From a virus (Duplodnaviria > Caudoviricetes), in the IMG/VR virus record IMGVR_UViG_3300013121_000017, positions 128,001-192,000 of that record: a stretch of 64,000 bases of DNA; one strand, written 5' to 3'. Both the position numbers and the translations under genes were made by a program. The notes below the pieces were generated by a model. The model searched no databases. It saw nothing but the letters and a program-made list of their open reading frames with translations, and was not told where the DNA came from. Position 1 is the first letter of the stretch. Every line of letters starts with the position of its first letter. This document shows positions 18,806 through 26,309 of the stretch, in pieces.

Positions 18806-18887
18806 GGGTCTGCTAGTGCTGTGGGAAGCCAGTCTGGCTGTAAACCAGACGCTTTCGAGATAGGGGGTTCGATTCCTCACAGACCCA
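18806..18887 (+). tRNA. tRNA-Tyr(GTA), weak D arm
   Basis: GGGTCTG/CAGACCC acceptor, loop CTGTAAA. Confidence 0.8.
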
Positions 18888-18893
18888 CTGAAT

Positions 18894-18966
18894 GCCTACC
18901 AAGCTAATCTAGTGAAAGCGGATGCCTGAAGAGCATCATAGCCCGGAGCGTAACCGGGGGTAGGCA
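18894..18966 (+). tRNA. tRNA-Phe(GAA), atypical T loop AGCGTAA
   Basis: GCCTACC/GGTAGGC acceptor, loop CTGAAGA. Confidence 0.82.
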
Positions 18967-18968
18967 CT

Positions 18969-19095
18969 GGCCGGTATGCAGTAGGGGATTACATGAGCAA
19001 CAGCGACTCGGGGGGTTTCAAAGCTCCCTTGTGCCGGTGCGATTCCGGTGTCCTGGGGTAAAACCTGGGGTTATCTCCTGCAATTTTGATCGGCC
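18969..19095 (+). ncRNA. YrlA/Y-RNA-like tRNA mimic
   Basis: GGCCGGT/ATCGGCC stem, GGGGATTACA...ATCTCCTGCAATTTTG module flanking D, anticodon and T arms and a closed acceptor-like hairpin. Confidence 0.7.
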
Positions 19096-19099
19096 TTAT

Positions 19100-19172
19100 G
19101 GACAGCAAGCTAATCTGGTGAAAGCGGAGGTCTGAAAAGCCTCATAGCCCGGATCGAAACCGGGGCTGTCCA
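19100..19172 (+). tRNA. tRNA-Phe(GAA)
   Basis: GGACAGC/GCTGTCC acceptor, loop CTGAAAA. Confidence 0.88.
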
Positions 19173-19400
19173 CTACTTCTTCTGAACGAGCTTGCGAAGG
19201 TCGGAAGAAGACTTGGAAGGATTCCTGATGATCTCCTTGACGAGATCGTCGCCCTTGCCGTTGCTGACTTTTGACCAGACAGATAGCAACGTGGTACGGT
19301 TGTACTTCTCGGCGAGGCCGCGAATGCAGTTGACGAAAGACTCAACGCACTCAACGTCGCTGCTTGAAGTTTCGGTGAGGAACTGGTCGAATGTGTCCAT
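19173..19400 (-). CDS. small late protein, antisense within the tRNA array
   Basis: MDTFDQFLTE start with TACATA 6 nt upstream; fills the gap between two tRNAs. Confidence 0.7.
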   Translation of the reverse strand: MDTFDQFLTETSSSDVECVESFVNCIRGLAEKYNRTTLLSVWSKVSNGKGDDLVKEIIRNPSKSSSDLRKLVQKK

Positions 19401-19420
19401 GAAGGATATGTAGTTTGCAC

Positions 19421-19509
19421 GGATAGGTTTGCACATTGGCAAGTCAGACTCTTTGCTAAAGAGTTCCACCCTGAAAGGGGTGGTGCAGGTTCGACTCCTG
19501 TCCTATCCG
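19421..19509 (+). tRNA. tRNA-Ser(GCT)
   Basis: loop TTGCTAA, long variable arm, G73. Confidence 0.9.
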
Positions 19510-19512
19510 CTT

Positions 19513-19599
19513 GGAAGAGTTGGTACATTGGCAAGTCCGCTCGTCTCGAAAACGAGTCTGCCTGAAAGGGCAGTGCAGGTTCGACTCCTGTCTCTTCCG
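19513..19599 (+). tRNA. tRNA-Ser(CGA)
   Basis: loop CTCGAAA, long variable arm, G73. Confidence 0.92.
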
Positions 19600-19602
19600 C
19601 TT

Positions 19603-19791
19603 ATGGTCGAGTACGAGATCAAGAAAGGCAGCAAGCACCAGAACAGGTCTTGCCGCTTCTGTGGTGGTAGAATGACACCGGGAAGGAAGTTCGTCCTCGA
19701 CCCGGAAGTCTTCGATGGGCATCTGCCCGCGATCTTCCATCCGCAGTGTAGAACAGCCTGGGTTAAGCGTGGCAAGAAGCCGCTGAAGTGA
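19603..19791 (+). CDS. small zinc-finger-like protein
   Basis: CRFCGG...HPQC. Confidence 0.55.
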   Translation: MVEYEIKKGSKHQNRSCRFCGGRMTPGRKFVLDPEVFDGHLPAIFHPQCRTAWVKRGKKPLK

Positions 19792-19793
19792 AT

Positions 19794-19880
19794 GGAGCAG
19801 TTTGCACATTGGCAAGTCAGTTCGCTTGGAAAGCGAATACACCCGAAAGGGTGTTGCAGGTTCGACTCCTGTCTGCTCCG
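19794..19880 (+). tRNA. tRNA-Ser(GGA)
   Basis: loop TTGGAAA, long variable arm, G73. Confidence 0.92.
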
Positions 19881-19883
19881 CTT

Positions 19884-19953
19884 GATGGCCCCCGGATGGT
19901 GATTCGGTGGCAGATGCCAAAGCCGTAAGTCGGGTTCGACTCCCTGGTCATCA
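19884..19953 (+). pseudogene. degenerate tRNA-like element
   Basis: GATGGCC/GGTCATC acceptor and GGG-TTCGACT-CCC T arm; poor anticodon stem. Confidence 0.5.
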
Positions 19954-19976
19954 CCTAGCACGAAAGCGAGAATGAA

Positions 19977-20306
19977 ATGGATCTGATCAAGTACGACGAC
20001 TTCGCCAAGCTGGACCTTCGGGTCTGCACCATCAAGGAGGCGTCAGCCGTCGAAGGGGCCGACAAGCTCGTCCTGCTCAAGCTGGACGATGGGACCGAGG
20101 CAGGCCGGCAGATCGTGGCCGGCATCAAGAAGCACTACTCGCCCGAGACGCTCATCGGCACACAAGTGATCGTCGTGGCGAACTTGGAACCGCGCAAGCT
20201 GCGTGGGATCGAGAGCCAGGGCATGTTGCTGGCAGCCAGCAACGGCGAGGAACTGGCCCTGTTGCAGCCGCAGAAGCTGATCGCGGCAGGCAGCAAGGTC
20301 GGATAA
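19977..20306 (+). CDS. tRNA-binding OB-fold protein (Trbp111/MetRS C-terminal-like)
   Basis: FAKLDLRV...RQIVAGI...NLEPRKLRGIESQGMLLAA. Confidence 0.92.
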   Translation: MDLIKYDDFAKLDLRVCTIKEASAVEGADKLVLLKLDDGTEAGRQIVAGIKKHYSPETLIGTQVIVVANLEPRKLRGIESQGMLLAASNGEELALLQPQKLIAAGSKVG

Positions 20307-20312
20307 CGACCC

Positions 20313-20399
20313 GGAAGGTTTGGTACATTGGCAAGTCCGATGGTCTTGAAAACCATTACACGGGAAACCGTGTTGTCGGTTCGACTCCGACACCTTCCG
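20313..20399 (+). tRNA. tRNA-Ser(TGA)
   Basis: loop CTTGAAA, long variable arm, G73. Confidence 0.92.
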
Positions 20400-20401
20400 C
20401 T

Positions 20402-20554
20402 ATGACAGACGAGGACTTCGAGATCGGTGGCTGCGGCTGCCTCGCAATACTCCTGCTGGTCGCGTTGACCATCGGGATCTGCGTCTGGAAGTACCACAAT
20501 CCGACGCCTCCAAAGCGTCATGTTCAGGTTGAAGTGTGCAGGATGACATGTTAA
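20402..20554 (+). CDS. small membrane protein
   Basis: MTDEDFEIGGCGCLAILLLVALTIGICVW. Confidence 0.5.
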   Translation: MTDEDFEIGGCGCLAILLLVALTIGICVWKYHNPTPPKRHVQVEVCRMTC

Positions 20555-20787
20555 GGGTCATCGAGTGTGTCGAATCAAGGTACGACGTGAAGCCATTTGA
20601 AGGTTACACGTTCGACCAGATTCTTCAACTCCTTCAAAAGAACGAGGCACAAACGCTGAACGACCCGACAACGGGCGAGAAGGGAGTTTACATTCCCACG
20701 CCACGTCAACAACCGGGTGTCAAGCAGATCGCGGCAATGGTTCCACACAGGGACCGAAACAGAACTGTTACTTACGGGTGTGACTAA
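20536..20787 (+). CDS. hypothetical protein
   Basis: ORF in a tRNA spacer. Confidence 0.45.
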   Translation: MQDDMLRVIECVESRYDVKPFEGYTFDQILQLLQKNEAQTLNDPTTGEKGVYIPTPRQQPGVKQIAAMVPHRDRNRTVTYGCD

Positions 20788-20874
20788 CGGAGATGGCTGG
20801 TATGCCGGGCGGCTTTATAGTATCCGATTGCGGCCTATGCCAGACTGTGTCAGGTTCGATTCCTACCACGCCCA
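20776..20874 (+). ncRNA. 99-nt atypical tRNA-like RNA, copy 1
   Basis: GGGTGTG/CACGCCC acceptor, TTCGATT T loop. Confidence 0.6.
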
Positions 20875-20877
20875 CTT

Positions 20878-20976
20878 GAGTGCGACTCTGGAGATGCTGG
20901 ACACACCGGGCGGCTTTTCATGGTTGCCGATTGCGGTTCCTGTTCGGCTGAGTTGGTTCGACTCCAACAGCACTCA
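20878..20976 (+). ncRNA. 99-nt atypical tRNA-like RNA, copy 2
   Basis: GAGTGC/GCACTC acceptor, GTTGG-TTCGACT-CCAAC T arm; shares internal motifs with copy 1. Confidence 0.6.
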
Positions 20977-20980
20977 CTAT

Positions 20981-21139
20981 GTTCCGTTGGTGTAAAAAGG
21001 CGACGGATAGCGTCTGTCGCAGTCACTTGTAAACTGCCAGCACAGGAGGGTCGCGAACCTCCCCCGCAGTGTACCTTGGGACTCAGCACGGCTCCTCTGG
21101 AGGGAGACAGGGCAGGTGCGAACCCTGCACGGGACACCA
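20981..21139 (+). ncRNA. tRNA-like RNA with ~90-nt structured D-loop insertion
   Basis: GTTCCGT/ACGGGAC acceptor plus ACCA, GTGT/GCAC D stem, GCAGG/CCTGC T stem. Confidence 0.65.
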
Positions 21140-21153
21140 TACAAAGGCAAGTT

Positions 21154-21324
21154 ATGAGCGTGATTCAACGCTGTGAGATCAAGCGGCACGAACCCTTCAA
21201 AGGTGATGCGTGTCCTGAATGCGGGAAGATCCAGGCGAACAGCCAGTTCGCCGGATGGCTTGTCATGGGATTCATCTTCCTGGCAGGCGCGTTGGCGTGG
21301 ATGTTCCTGGCCAAGAAGTTCTGA
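21154..21324 (+). CDS. small zinc-ribbon membrane protein
   Basis: CPECG followed by a TM helix. Confidence 0.55.
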   Translation: MSVIQRCEIKRHEPFKGDACPECGKIQANSQFAGWLVMGFIFLAGALAWMFLAKKF

Positions 21325-21328
21325 TTGA

Positions 21329-21400
21329 CCCACTCTGGTGTAGTGGTCTGCACATGATGCTGAAAACATCGGGGTCTGAGTTCGATTCTCAGGGGTGGGA
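21329..21400 (+). tRNA. tRNA-Phe(GAA)
   Basis: CCCACTC/GGGTGGG acceptor, loop CTGAAAA. Confidence 0.85.
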
Positions 21401-21402
21401 CT

Positions 21403-21530
21403 GACCGGATGACGACAGGGATTACACTCTCGAAAAGTGTTCTACGCAAGTAGATGTAGGTTCGATTCCTACCGTCGCAAGACGAGGTGGATATTGGCTT
21501 GCCACTACGTCTCTGACATTTTTGCCGGTC
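21403..21530 (+). ncRNA. YrlA/Y-RNA-like permuted tRNA mimic (Ser-CGA-like body)
   Basis: GACCGG/CCGGTC stem; order anticodon arm, variable arm, T arm, CGTC-GCAA-GACG, D arm. Confidence 0.8.
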
Positions 21531-21536
21531 TAATTT

Positions 21537-21662
21537 GACGGGGTAGCTTAACGGTAGAGCGCTAAAAGCGATCTCAGCAACTTGTTGCCCGAAAGGGATG
21601 ATCCGTTGGGATTACATTCCTCTGAAAAAGGAGAGGTACTGGTTCGACTCCAGTCCCCGTCA
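21537..21662 (+). ncRNA. tRNA-Phe(GAA)-shaped RNA with the Y-RNA-like module inserted between D and anticodon arms
   Basis: GACGGGG/CCCCGTC open acceptor; 55-nt insert 21562-21616 closed by CCC-GAAA-GGG. Confidence 0.75.
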
Positions 21663-21715
21663 CTCAAAACAGATGCCCGCAACCTCCACTACATAACATG
21701 TAATTAGGAGGAACT

Positions 21716-21949
21716 ATGATCAACCCGTGGGCAGACCTAGCAAAGATGAAACGTGACTTCCCCATCGGCGTTCTCGTCGTTGTTGACGAGGATGTCACAG
21801 ATGGCGCGGACGACATCGGAGGAATGATCCTCAAAGTCATTGGCTACGAGATCGAGCAAGGATGGCTAGAACTGGTCAGTGAGAACGGCAGAGAATTCGT
21901 TCTCTACCCAGACGAGATCACAAGACACTATGAAAGCCAAGTGTGCTAG
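21716..21949 (+). CDS. hypothetical protein (paralog of 17878..18132)
   Basis: GGAGG SD; shared motifs with the paralog. Confidence 0.7.
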   Translation: MINPWADLAKMKRDFPIGVLVVVDEDVTDGADDIGGMILKVIGYEIEQGWLELVSENGREFVLYPDEITRHYESQVC

Positions 21950-21956
21950 ATAGTGC

Positions 21957-22400
21957 ATGGACTTCCGACACTGGCTAGAAGCAACTGAACAGCCCGAACC
22001 GAATCCGCTCCCGCCCGAAGCAAAGATCGAGCGGTCGCAGGGCGACGGCTGGAAGATCACGACCCCTTACGGCTACATCGACTACCGCCACAACCCAGAA
22101 GACGGCAACAACGAGATCTGGTGGGTGGAATCGAAAGTACGCGGCAAGGGCTATGGCAAGAAGCTCGTTGACCTAATGCAAATGGCCCACCCCGCAGCCA
22201 GCATCGGTTGGGGAGTGACGACGCCGGAAGGTAAAGACCTCCGCGACAGTTGGCACAAGAAGAACCCAGGAGTTGAAGCATACAACGGCGCGTTTGAGGG
22301 ACAGTTCGACCCCTCGGGCAACAACTACGGAGAAGACGAATCGGACGAAGACTTCGAGGATGAAGACGAGGACTGGGAGGACGAAGATGATGACTTTTGA
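21957..22400 (+). CDS. GNAT-like acetyltransferase with acidic tail
   Basis: VRGKGYGKKL acetyl-CoA motif A. Confidence 0.7.
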   Translation: MDFRHWLEATEQPEPNPLPPEAKIERSQGDGWKITTPYGYIDYRHNPEDGNNEIWWVESKVRGKGYGKKLVDLMQMAHPAASIGWGVTTPEGKDLRDSWHKKNPGVEAYNGAFEGQFDPSGNNYGEDESDEDFEDEDEDWEDEDDDF

Positions 22401-22629
22401 CCAGTTCTTGGATGAGAAGACCGCCGACCTGAGATGGCCAGGAGACTGTAACGCCAAAACACTCGACCGCAAGGCTGAAACCGACCGCTGCTACATCGAG
22501 CCGGGCCACAGCCACGACAAGGTCAAAGATCGCCAGTTCGGCACTACAGTAACAGTGATCCCCAGACACAAGGCCGTAAACCCGTACACTTGCAAAGCGA
22601 TCATAAGGGACTTGCAGAGGAGTTGTTGA
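22387..22629 (+). CDS. HicA-like RNase
   Basis: GHSHDKV...TVIPRH...YTCKAIIRDL resembles HicA GSH...VPxH...GTxxxIxK. Confidence 0.6.
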   Translation: MMTFDQFLDEKTADLRWPGDCNAKTLDRKAETDRCYIEPGHSHDKVKDRQFGTTVTVIPRHKAVNPYTCKAIIRDLQRSC

Positions 22630-22823
22630 TGATTCCCCCTGGAACCATAGTCGAAGCAATTCACGGCTGGTGGAAGGGGACTTACGGCGAAGTGGAAGAG
22701 CCGGACAAAGACAACCCCGAAGAGAGTTCGATAGTCCTCTTCCCGTGTAGAATCATCAGGGACGGCAAACTGTACACGGAAGCCAGAGTCAACATGCCGA
22801 ACGCTTGGCTGAGGTTTCAGTGA
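22629..22823 (+). CDS. hypothetical protein
   Basis: ORF coupled to both neighbours. Confidence 0.55.
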   Translation: MIPPGTIVEAIHGWWKGTYGEVEEPDKDNPEESSIVLFPCRIIRDGKLYTEARVNMPNAWLRFQ

Positions 22824-23161
22824 ACATCCTTTTTGTCTGTTCGCGAAACAAGAAACGAAGCCCGACAGCCGAGACAATTTTCTCGGGAGTCAAAGGCATA
22901 GAAGTCGCGTCGGCAGGGACGGCCAAGGACGCCGAAGAACAAGTGACCCCAGAACACCTCGAATGGGCGAACCTGATCTTCGTGATGGAGTCTTACCATA
23001 AGGTGAGACTCACCGAGATGTACGGAAGACATCTCAACGGCAAACGGATCGTGTGCCTGAACATCAAGGATCGATTCGAGTACATGGATAACGAACTGGT
23101 CGCTTTACTGCGAGCCAGAGTGACTGCGGTTGTGGCGGAACTGGTAGACGCGCAAGCTTGA
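22820..23161 (+). CDS. low-molecular-weight protein tyrosine phosphatase-like protein
   Basis: ILFVCSRNKKRS P-loop, SAGT; 3' end overlaps a tRNA. Confidence 0.88.
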   Translation: MNILFVCSRNKKRSPTAETIFSGVKGIEVASAGTAKDAEEQVTPEHLEWANLIFVMESYHKVRLTEMYGRHLNGKRIVCLNIKDRFEYMDNELVALLRARVTAVVAELVDAQA

Positions 23162-23209
23162 GGGGCTTGTGGCCGCAAGGCCGTGTGGGTTCGACTCCCA
23201 CCAACCGCA
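23126..23209 (+). tRNA. tRNA-Leu(GAG)
   Basis: cloverleaf, loop TTGAGGG. Confidence 0.93.
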
Positions 23210-23211
23210 CT

Positions 23212-23466
23212 ATGAAGAATGCGAAGACTGAAAAACAGAAGAAGAAGGAAGAGAGACGCAGGAACAAAGGCACAATCGCCGTGTACGCACTGTGCGACTG
23301 CGGCTGTTGTACCGCGAAGATGCGGTTCAGGTCTGAAAAATCAGCCCTGGAAGCGTTCAAGGCTGCCGGCTTGAAGAACTCGGCCACAATCACGGATGAT
23401 CAGGGTACGGTTCATGAAGGCATCGACACGTTCTACGGGTTGAGCCTGACAGATACGCGGATGTGA
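23212..23466 (+). CDS. small Cys-rich protein
   Basis: CDCGCC motif. Confidence 0.55.
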   Translation: MKNAKTEKQKKKEERRRNKGTIAVYALCDCGCCTAKMRFRSEKSALEAFKAAGLKNSATITDDQGTVHEGIDTFYGLSLTDTRM

Positions 23467-23540
23467 TGGAATTGGTAGACTTCCGGTCCTCAGAAGGCCG
23501 GGCCTTTAGTGGCGTGTGGGTTCGAGTCCCACCATCCGCA
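23457..23540 (+). tRNA. tRNA-Leu(CAG)
   Basis: cloverleaf, loop CTCAGAA. Confidence 0.92.
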
Positions 23541-23555
23541 CTACTAGATAGGGTC

Positions 23556-24338
23556 ATGAACTTCAAGCAATGGATCGAGTCCCTGGAACTCATGGCCCTG
23601 CGGTCGCACCTCAAAAACCCGTCGATGGACATTGCGGGCCACGGCTGGGATCTACTGAGTTGGCGCGGCGGCAAAGCAATCATGAAGCGTCTGGGTATCG
23701 ACCCAGGCAAGTTCAGGACTGCGATGGAAGAAGGCGAGGAAGAGTTCTACACGATGGCCGACCGAATCGGCAAGGGCATGTCCCGTGATGAACAAGAAGA
23801 CTTCCTGGCCTACATGAACCAACACAACCCAGGCGACGTGCCAACACACTCGCTGATGGACCTGCAATCACAAAGAGGACGCAAGGGCTATCTGCCGCCG
23901 ACAACTTGGCTAATCCACTTCAGCGATGACGCCGAGAGCGTGGCTGACGAAGGGTTGACACAGGGCCAAGGTGACATCGACAAATTAGCCCTCACAGTTC
24001 ACCAAAGCAAATACGAGAAGCAGTACGGCGGGTACAACTTCGCCTTCACTGCCGATGGGCGACACGCCCGACAGGCAGCACGAAGCGGTAAGTATGGACA
24101 GAACGCTGTGATGTTTCAAGCATCCGGCATCCCGGTTTACCACTACAGTGACGAGGAAGATCAAGTGGTAGTCTGGGGCAAGGATGTGCCGGCGAGCAGA
24201 ATGGTCTTGCTCACCAATGACGGCGGGGACTGGACTGTCCGTAGCCGCAAAGGAGGGAGAGATCCCTTCACAGGAGATTTCGACAAAACGGTTGCCTGGG
24301 TCATGAAGAACTACAACCAGTACAGAAGGGTTCTATGA
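23556..24338 (+). CDS. hypothetical late protein
   Basis: MNFKQWIE start with TAGATA 5 nt upstream. Confidence 0.75.
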   Translation: MNFKQWIESLELMALRSHLKNPSMDIAGHGWDLLSWRGGKAIMKRLGIDPGKFRTAMEEGEEEFYTMADRIGKGMSRDEQEDFLAYMNQHNPGDVPTHSLMDLQSQRGRKGYLPPTTWLIHFSDDAESVADEGLTQGQGDIDKLALTVHQSKYEKQYGGYNFAFTADGRHARQAARSGKYGQNAVMFQASGIPVYHYSDEEDQVVVWGKDVPASRMVLLTNDGGDWTVRSRKGGRDPFTGDFDKTVAWVMKNYNQYRRVL

Positions 24339-24826
24339 CCTCGCAAGAGAAATACCGGAAAGCAATCGCCGACCGACCGACCAACGAAGAACTCAAATAC
24401 TGGGCGACCCTGGAACACAGAGCCGACGAGATTCAGAAGAAGGTGTTCGACGCTGACCTCGAAGAACGCAACGACCGATTCAAGATCTGGTTCGAGGAGT
24501 ACAAGCGTCAGCGGGTTTGTATGAGCAACGGCGTCGAGTTCATGGACTGGAAGAAACAGTTCGATGAAAGCGTCAGAATTATGTCCAGCCTGGACCCCGA
24601 CAAGATCCAGATCAATGTACTGCTGGCATGCTTCGAGGCCGACGAACAAGCCGGCGTAGCCGCCCTAAAATACGTTCAGGAGAACGAGCCTGAGATCCCC
24701 GACCCCGAGATGGTCGAACAACAGGCCCAGGCACGAAAGTGGATGGATGACATGGAAAAGGCTGACCAATTACACCGTGCAAGGATTGAGGCTGTGAGAT
24801 GCGGTTTGATGTACGACGGAGATTGA
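24335..24826 (+). CDS. hypothetical protein
   Basis: ATGA-coupled ORF. Confidence 0.7.
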   Translation: MTSQEKYRKAIADRPTNEELKYWATLEHRADEIQKKVFDADLEERNDRFKIWFEEYKRQRVCMSNGVEFMDWKKQFDESVRIMSSLDPDKIQINVLLACFEADEQAGVAALKYVQENEPEIPDPEMVEQQAQARKWMDDMEKADQLHRARIEAVRCGLMYDGD

Positions 24827-24830
24827 TTAC

Positions 24831-24912
24831 GGCCCTGTGGTGGAACAGGTAGACACACTCCTCTTAAAAGGGAACGCCAATAGGCATGCGGGTTCGACTC
24901 CCGCCGGGGCTA
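24831..24912 (+). tRNA. tRNA-Leu(TAA)
   Basis: loop CTTAAAA, variable arm. Confidence 0.9.
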
Positions 24913-24966
24913 CTAAAAATCCTGGGTTAAGGCGTGTATCAGTACACCCTTTTCACAGGAGAGACG

Positions 24967-25170
24967 ATGAGATTTCAAGATTGGGTTGGAAAGAGAAGTG
25001 AGTTTGGAAGAGAACTGCGGGATGAAAGAATCCAGCAGTTGACCGATCAGTGGTGGCAGGCTAAAGTCGATCAAGACTACCGGCGTGCCAAGTCCATCGA
25101 GGACGAACTGAACCTGAAGTATGACACCGTCGTTGATATGGGCGGGTCTTCAATCTTCGGGGATTTGTGA
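24967..25170 (+). CDS. hypothetical protein
   Basis: AGGAG SD, MRFQDWV start. Confidence 0.6.
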   Translation: MRFQDWVGKRSEFGRELRDERIQQLTDQWWQAKVDQDYRRAKSIEDELNLKYDTVVDMGGSSIFGDL

Positions 25171-25171
25171 T

Positions 25172-25252
25172 GGCCATGTGGCGAAACGGTATACGCGCTG
25201 GTCTTAGAAGCCAGTCCCGAAAGGGTTGAGGGTTCGACTCCCTCCTTGGTCA
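25172..25252 (+). tRNA. tRNA-Leu(TAG)
   Basis: loop CTTAGAA. Confidence 0.92.
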
Positions 25253-25265
25253 CTTAGAATGCAAT

Positions 25266-25529
25266 ATGGAAATCACAAGCACACTGATCAAGGACATGAA
25301 ACAATGGCTCGGCGAAGCCGGGCTGAAGTTCTTCCGTGATCTTCGCGACAAACACGGCGACTCTTTCGGAACCGCCGTGTGGATGGAAGGTAACATCCCT
25401 CACCCAGTTCACTTTCGTGAAGGCATGCAGGTGCGTAACAAACTCAGAGACTTGACCAGCGGTAGCTGGACAACTCATGAGTATGACGACAACTGGGCCG
25501 CAGTCATCGCGGCATGCCTTGACGACTAA
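25266..25529 (+). CDS. hypothetical protein
   Basis: 87-aa ORF. Confidence 0.65.
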   Translation: MEITSTLIKDMKQWLGEAGLKFFRDLRDKHGDSFGTAVWMEGNIPHPVHFREGMQVRNKLRDLTSGSWTTHEYDDNWAAVIAACLDD

Positions 25530-25599
25530 GGAGGAGCAGTATGACCTACTTGCAAACGCCCTTTTAGGTTAGCCATTTCGGCTGCCGAAAGGAGCAAGT

Positions 25600-25806
25600 A
25601 TGTGTCTTCGCAACATCCGCACCACTCAGGAGCGGCGTGCCAATCAGGACGGCCAGTGGGTCGTCAACGACTTCGGCATGAAGATCAAGATCCGGGGTCG
25701 CCGTCTCAAGCTTCCCAACGCCTGGGATGACATCCCTCGCCGCGACTGGAACCACCGCAGTTGGAAGCGTCACCGTCTCACCCAGTACCACATCATCGAA
25801 GCCTAA
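25600..25806 (+). CDS. small basic phage protein
   Basis: RTTQERR...LPNAWDD...SWKRHR pattern; SD present. Confidence 0.7.
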   Translation: MCLRNIRTTQERRANQDGQWVVNDFGMKIKIRGRRLKLPNAWDDIPRRDWNHRSWKRHRLTQYHIIEA

Positions 25807-25811
25807 CGTAG

Positions 25812-25842
25812 GGGCGTCCAATTAGGACGCCCTTTTTCTTTT
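25812..25842 (+). terminator. intrinsic terminator, probable end of the tRNA operon
   Basis: GGGCGTCC/GGACGCCC stem plus T-tract. Confidence 0.75.
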
Positions 25843-25858
25843 GACCGCACTATAATGA

Positions 25859-26290
25859 ATGCGGCACAGCCAAGAGGAACACATGAAAGCAGTCGAGTGG
25901 GCAGACAAGTTCAACGCGGGCGTCTCTTCGGATGAGTGGGTTTCCATTCTCGAAGAGTACGGCAAGGAAACTGCGGACTTGATCGCCCTCCGGTCCAAAA
26001 ACTCTGACTTCAAGACCAAGCTCTCGGCCATGCACGGAGCCGTCAACGAACAGCGGAACAAGTTCCGCGCCGTGGTCGGCAAGGTTCCCAACCTTGCACC
26101 TGAGCGGTTTGAAGAACTGCTCCCGGTCCACGCCAAGGAGTACGTCGATCTGAAGGCCAAGGCCGACAAGAAGCCCGAAGAAGGCAAGGCCGAAGAAAAG
26201 GCCGGCGACGACGGCAGGAAGATCGCCAACCAATCCAAAAAGCCATATCACAACAGAAACCGTTTCGGCGGTAAACCCAAAGCCGCCTGA
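25859..26290 (+). CDS. hypothetical protein
   Basis: 143-aa ORF after TATAAT. Confidence 0.65.
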   Translation: MRHSQEEHMKAVEWADKFNAGVSSDEWVSILEEYGKETADLIALRSKNSDFKTKLSAMHGAVNEQRNKFRAVVGKVPNLAPERFEELLPVHAKEYVDLKAKADKKPEEGKAEEKAGDDGRKIANQSKKPYHNRNRFGGKPKAA

Positions 26291-26309
26291 TTCATGCCTA
26301 TATAACGGC

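Noticed and set aside
18969-19095. Opal suppressor or tRNA-Sec (TTTCAAA loop)
   Set aside because: The acceptor is closed and embedded in the Y-like module, and the loop is not a clean 7-mer.
18279-19961. ORFs called across the tRNA genes
   Set aside because: They overlap clear tRNA cloverleafs and translate to typical tRNA-shadow peptides.
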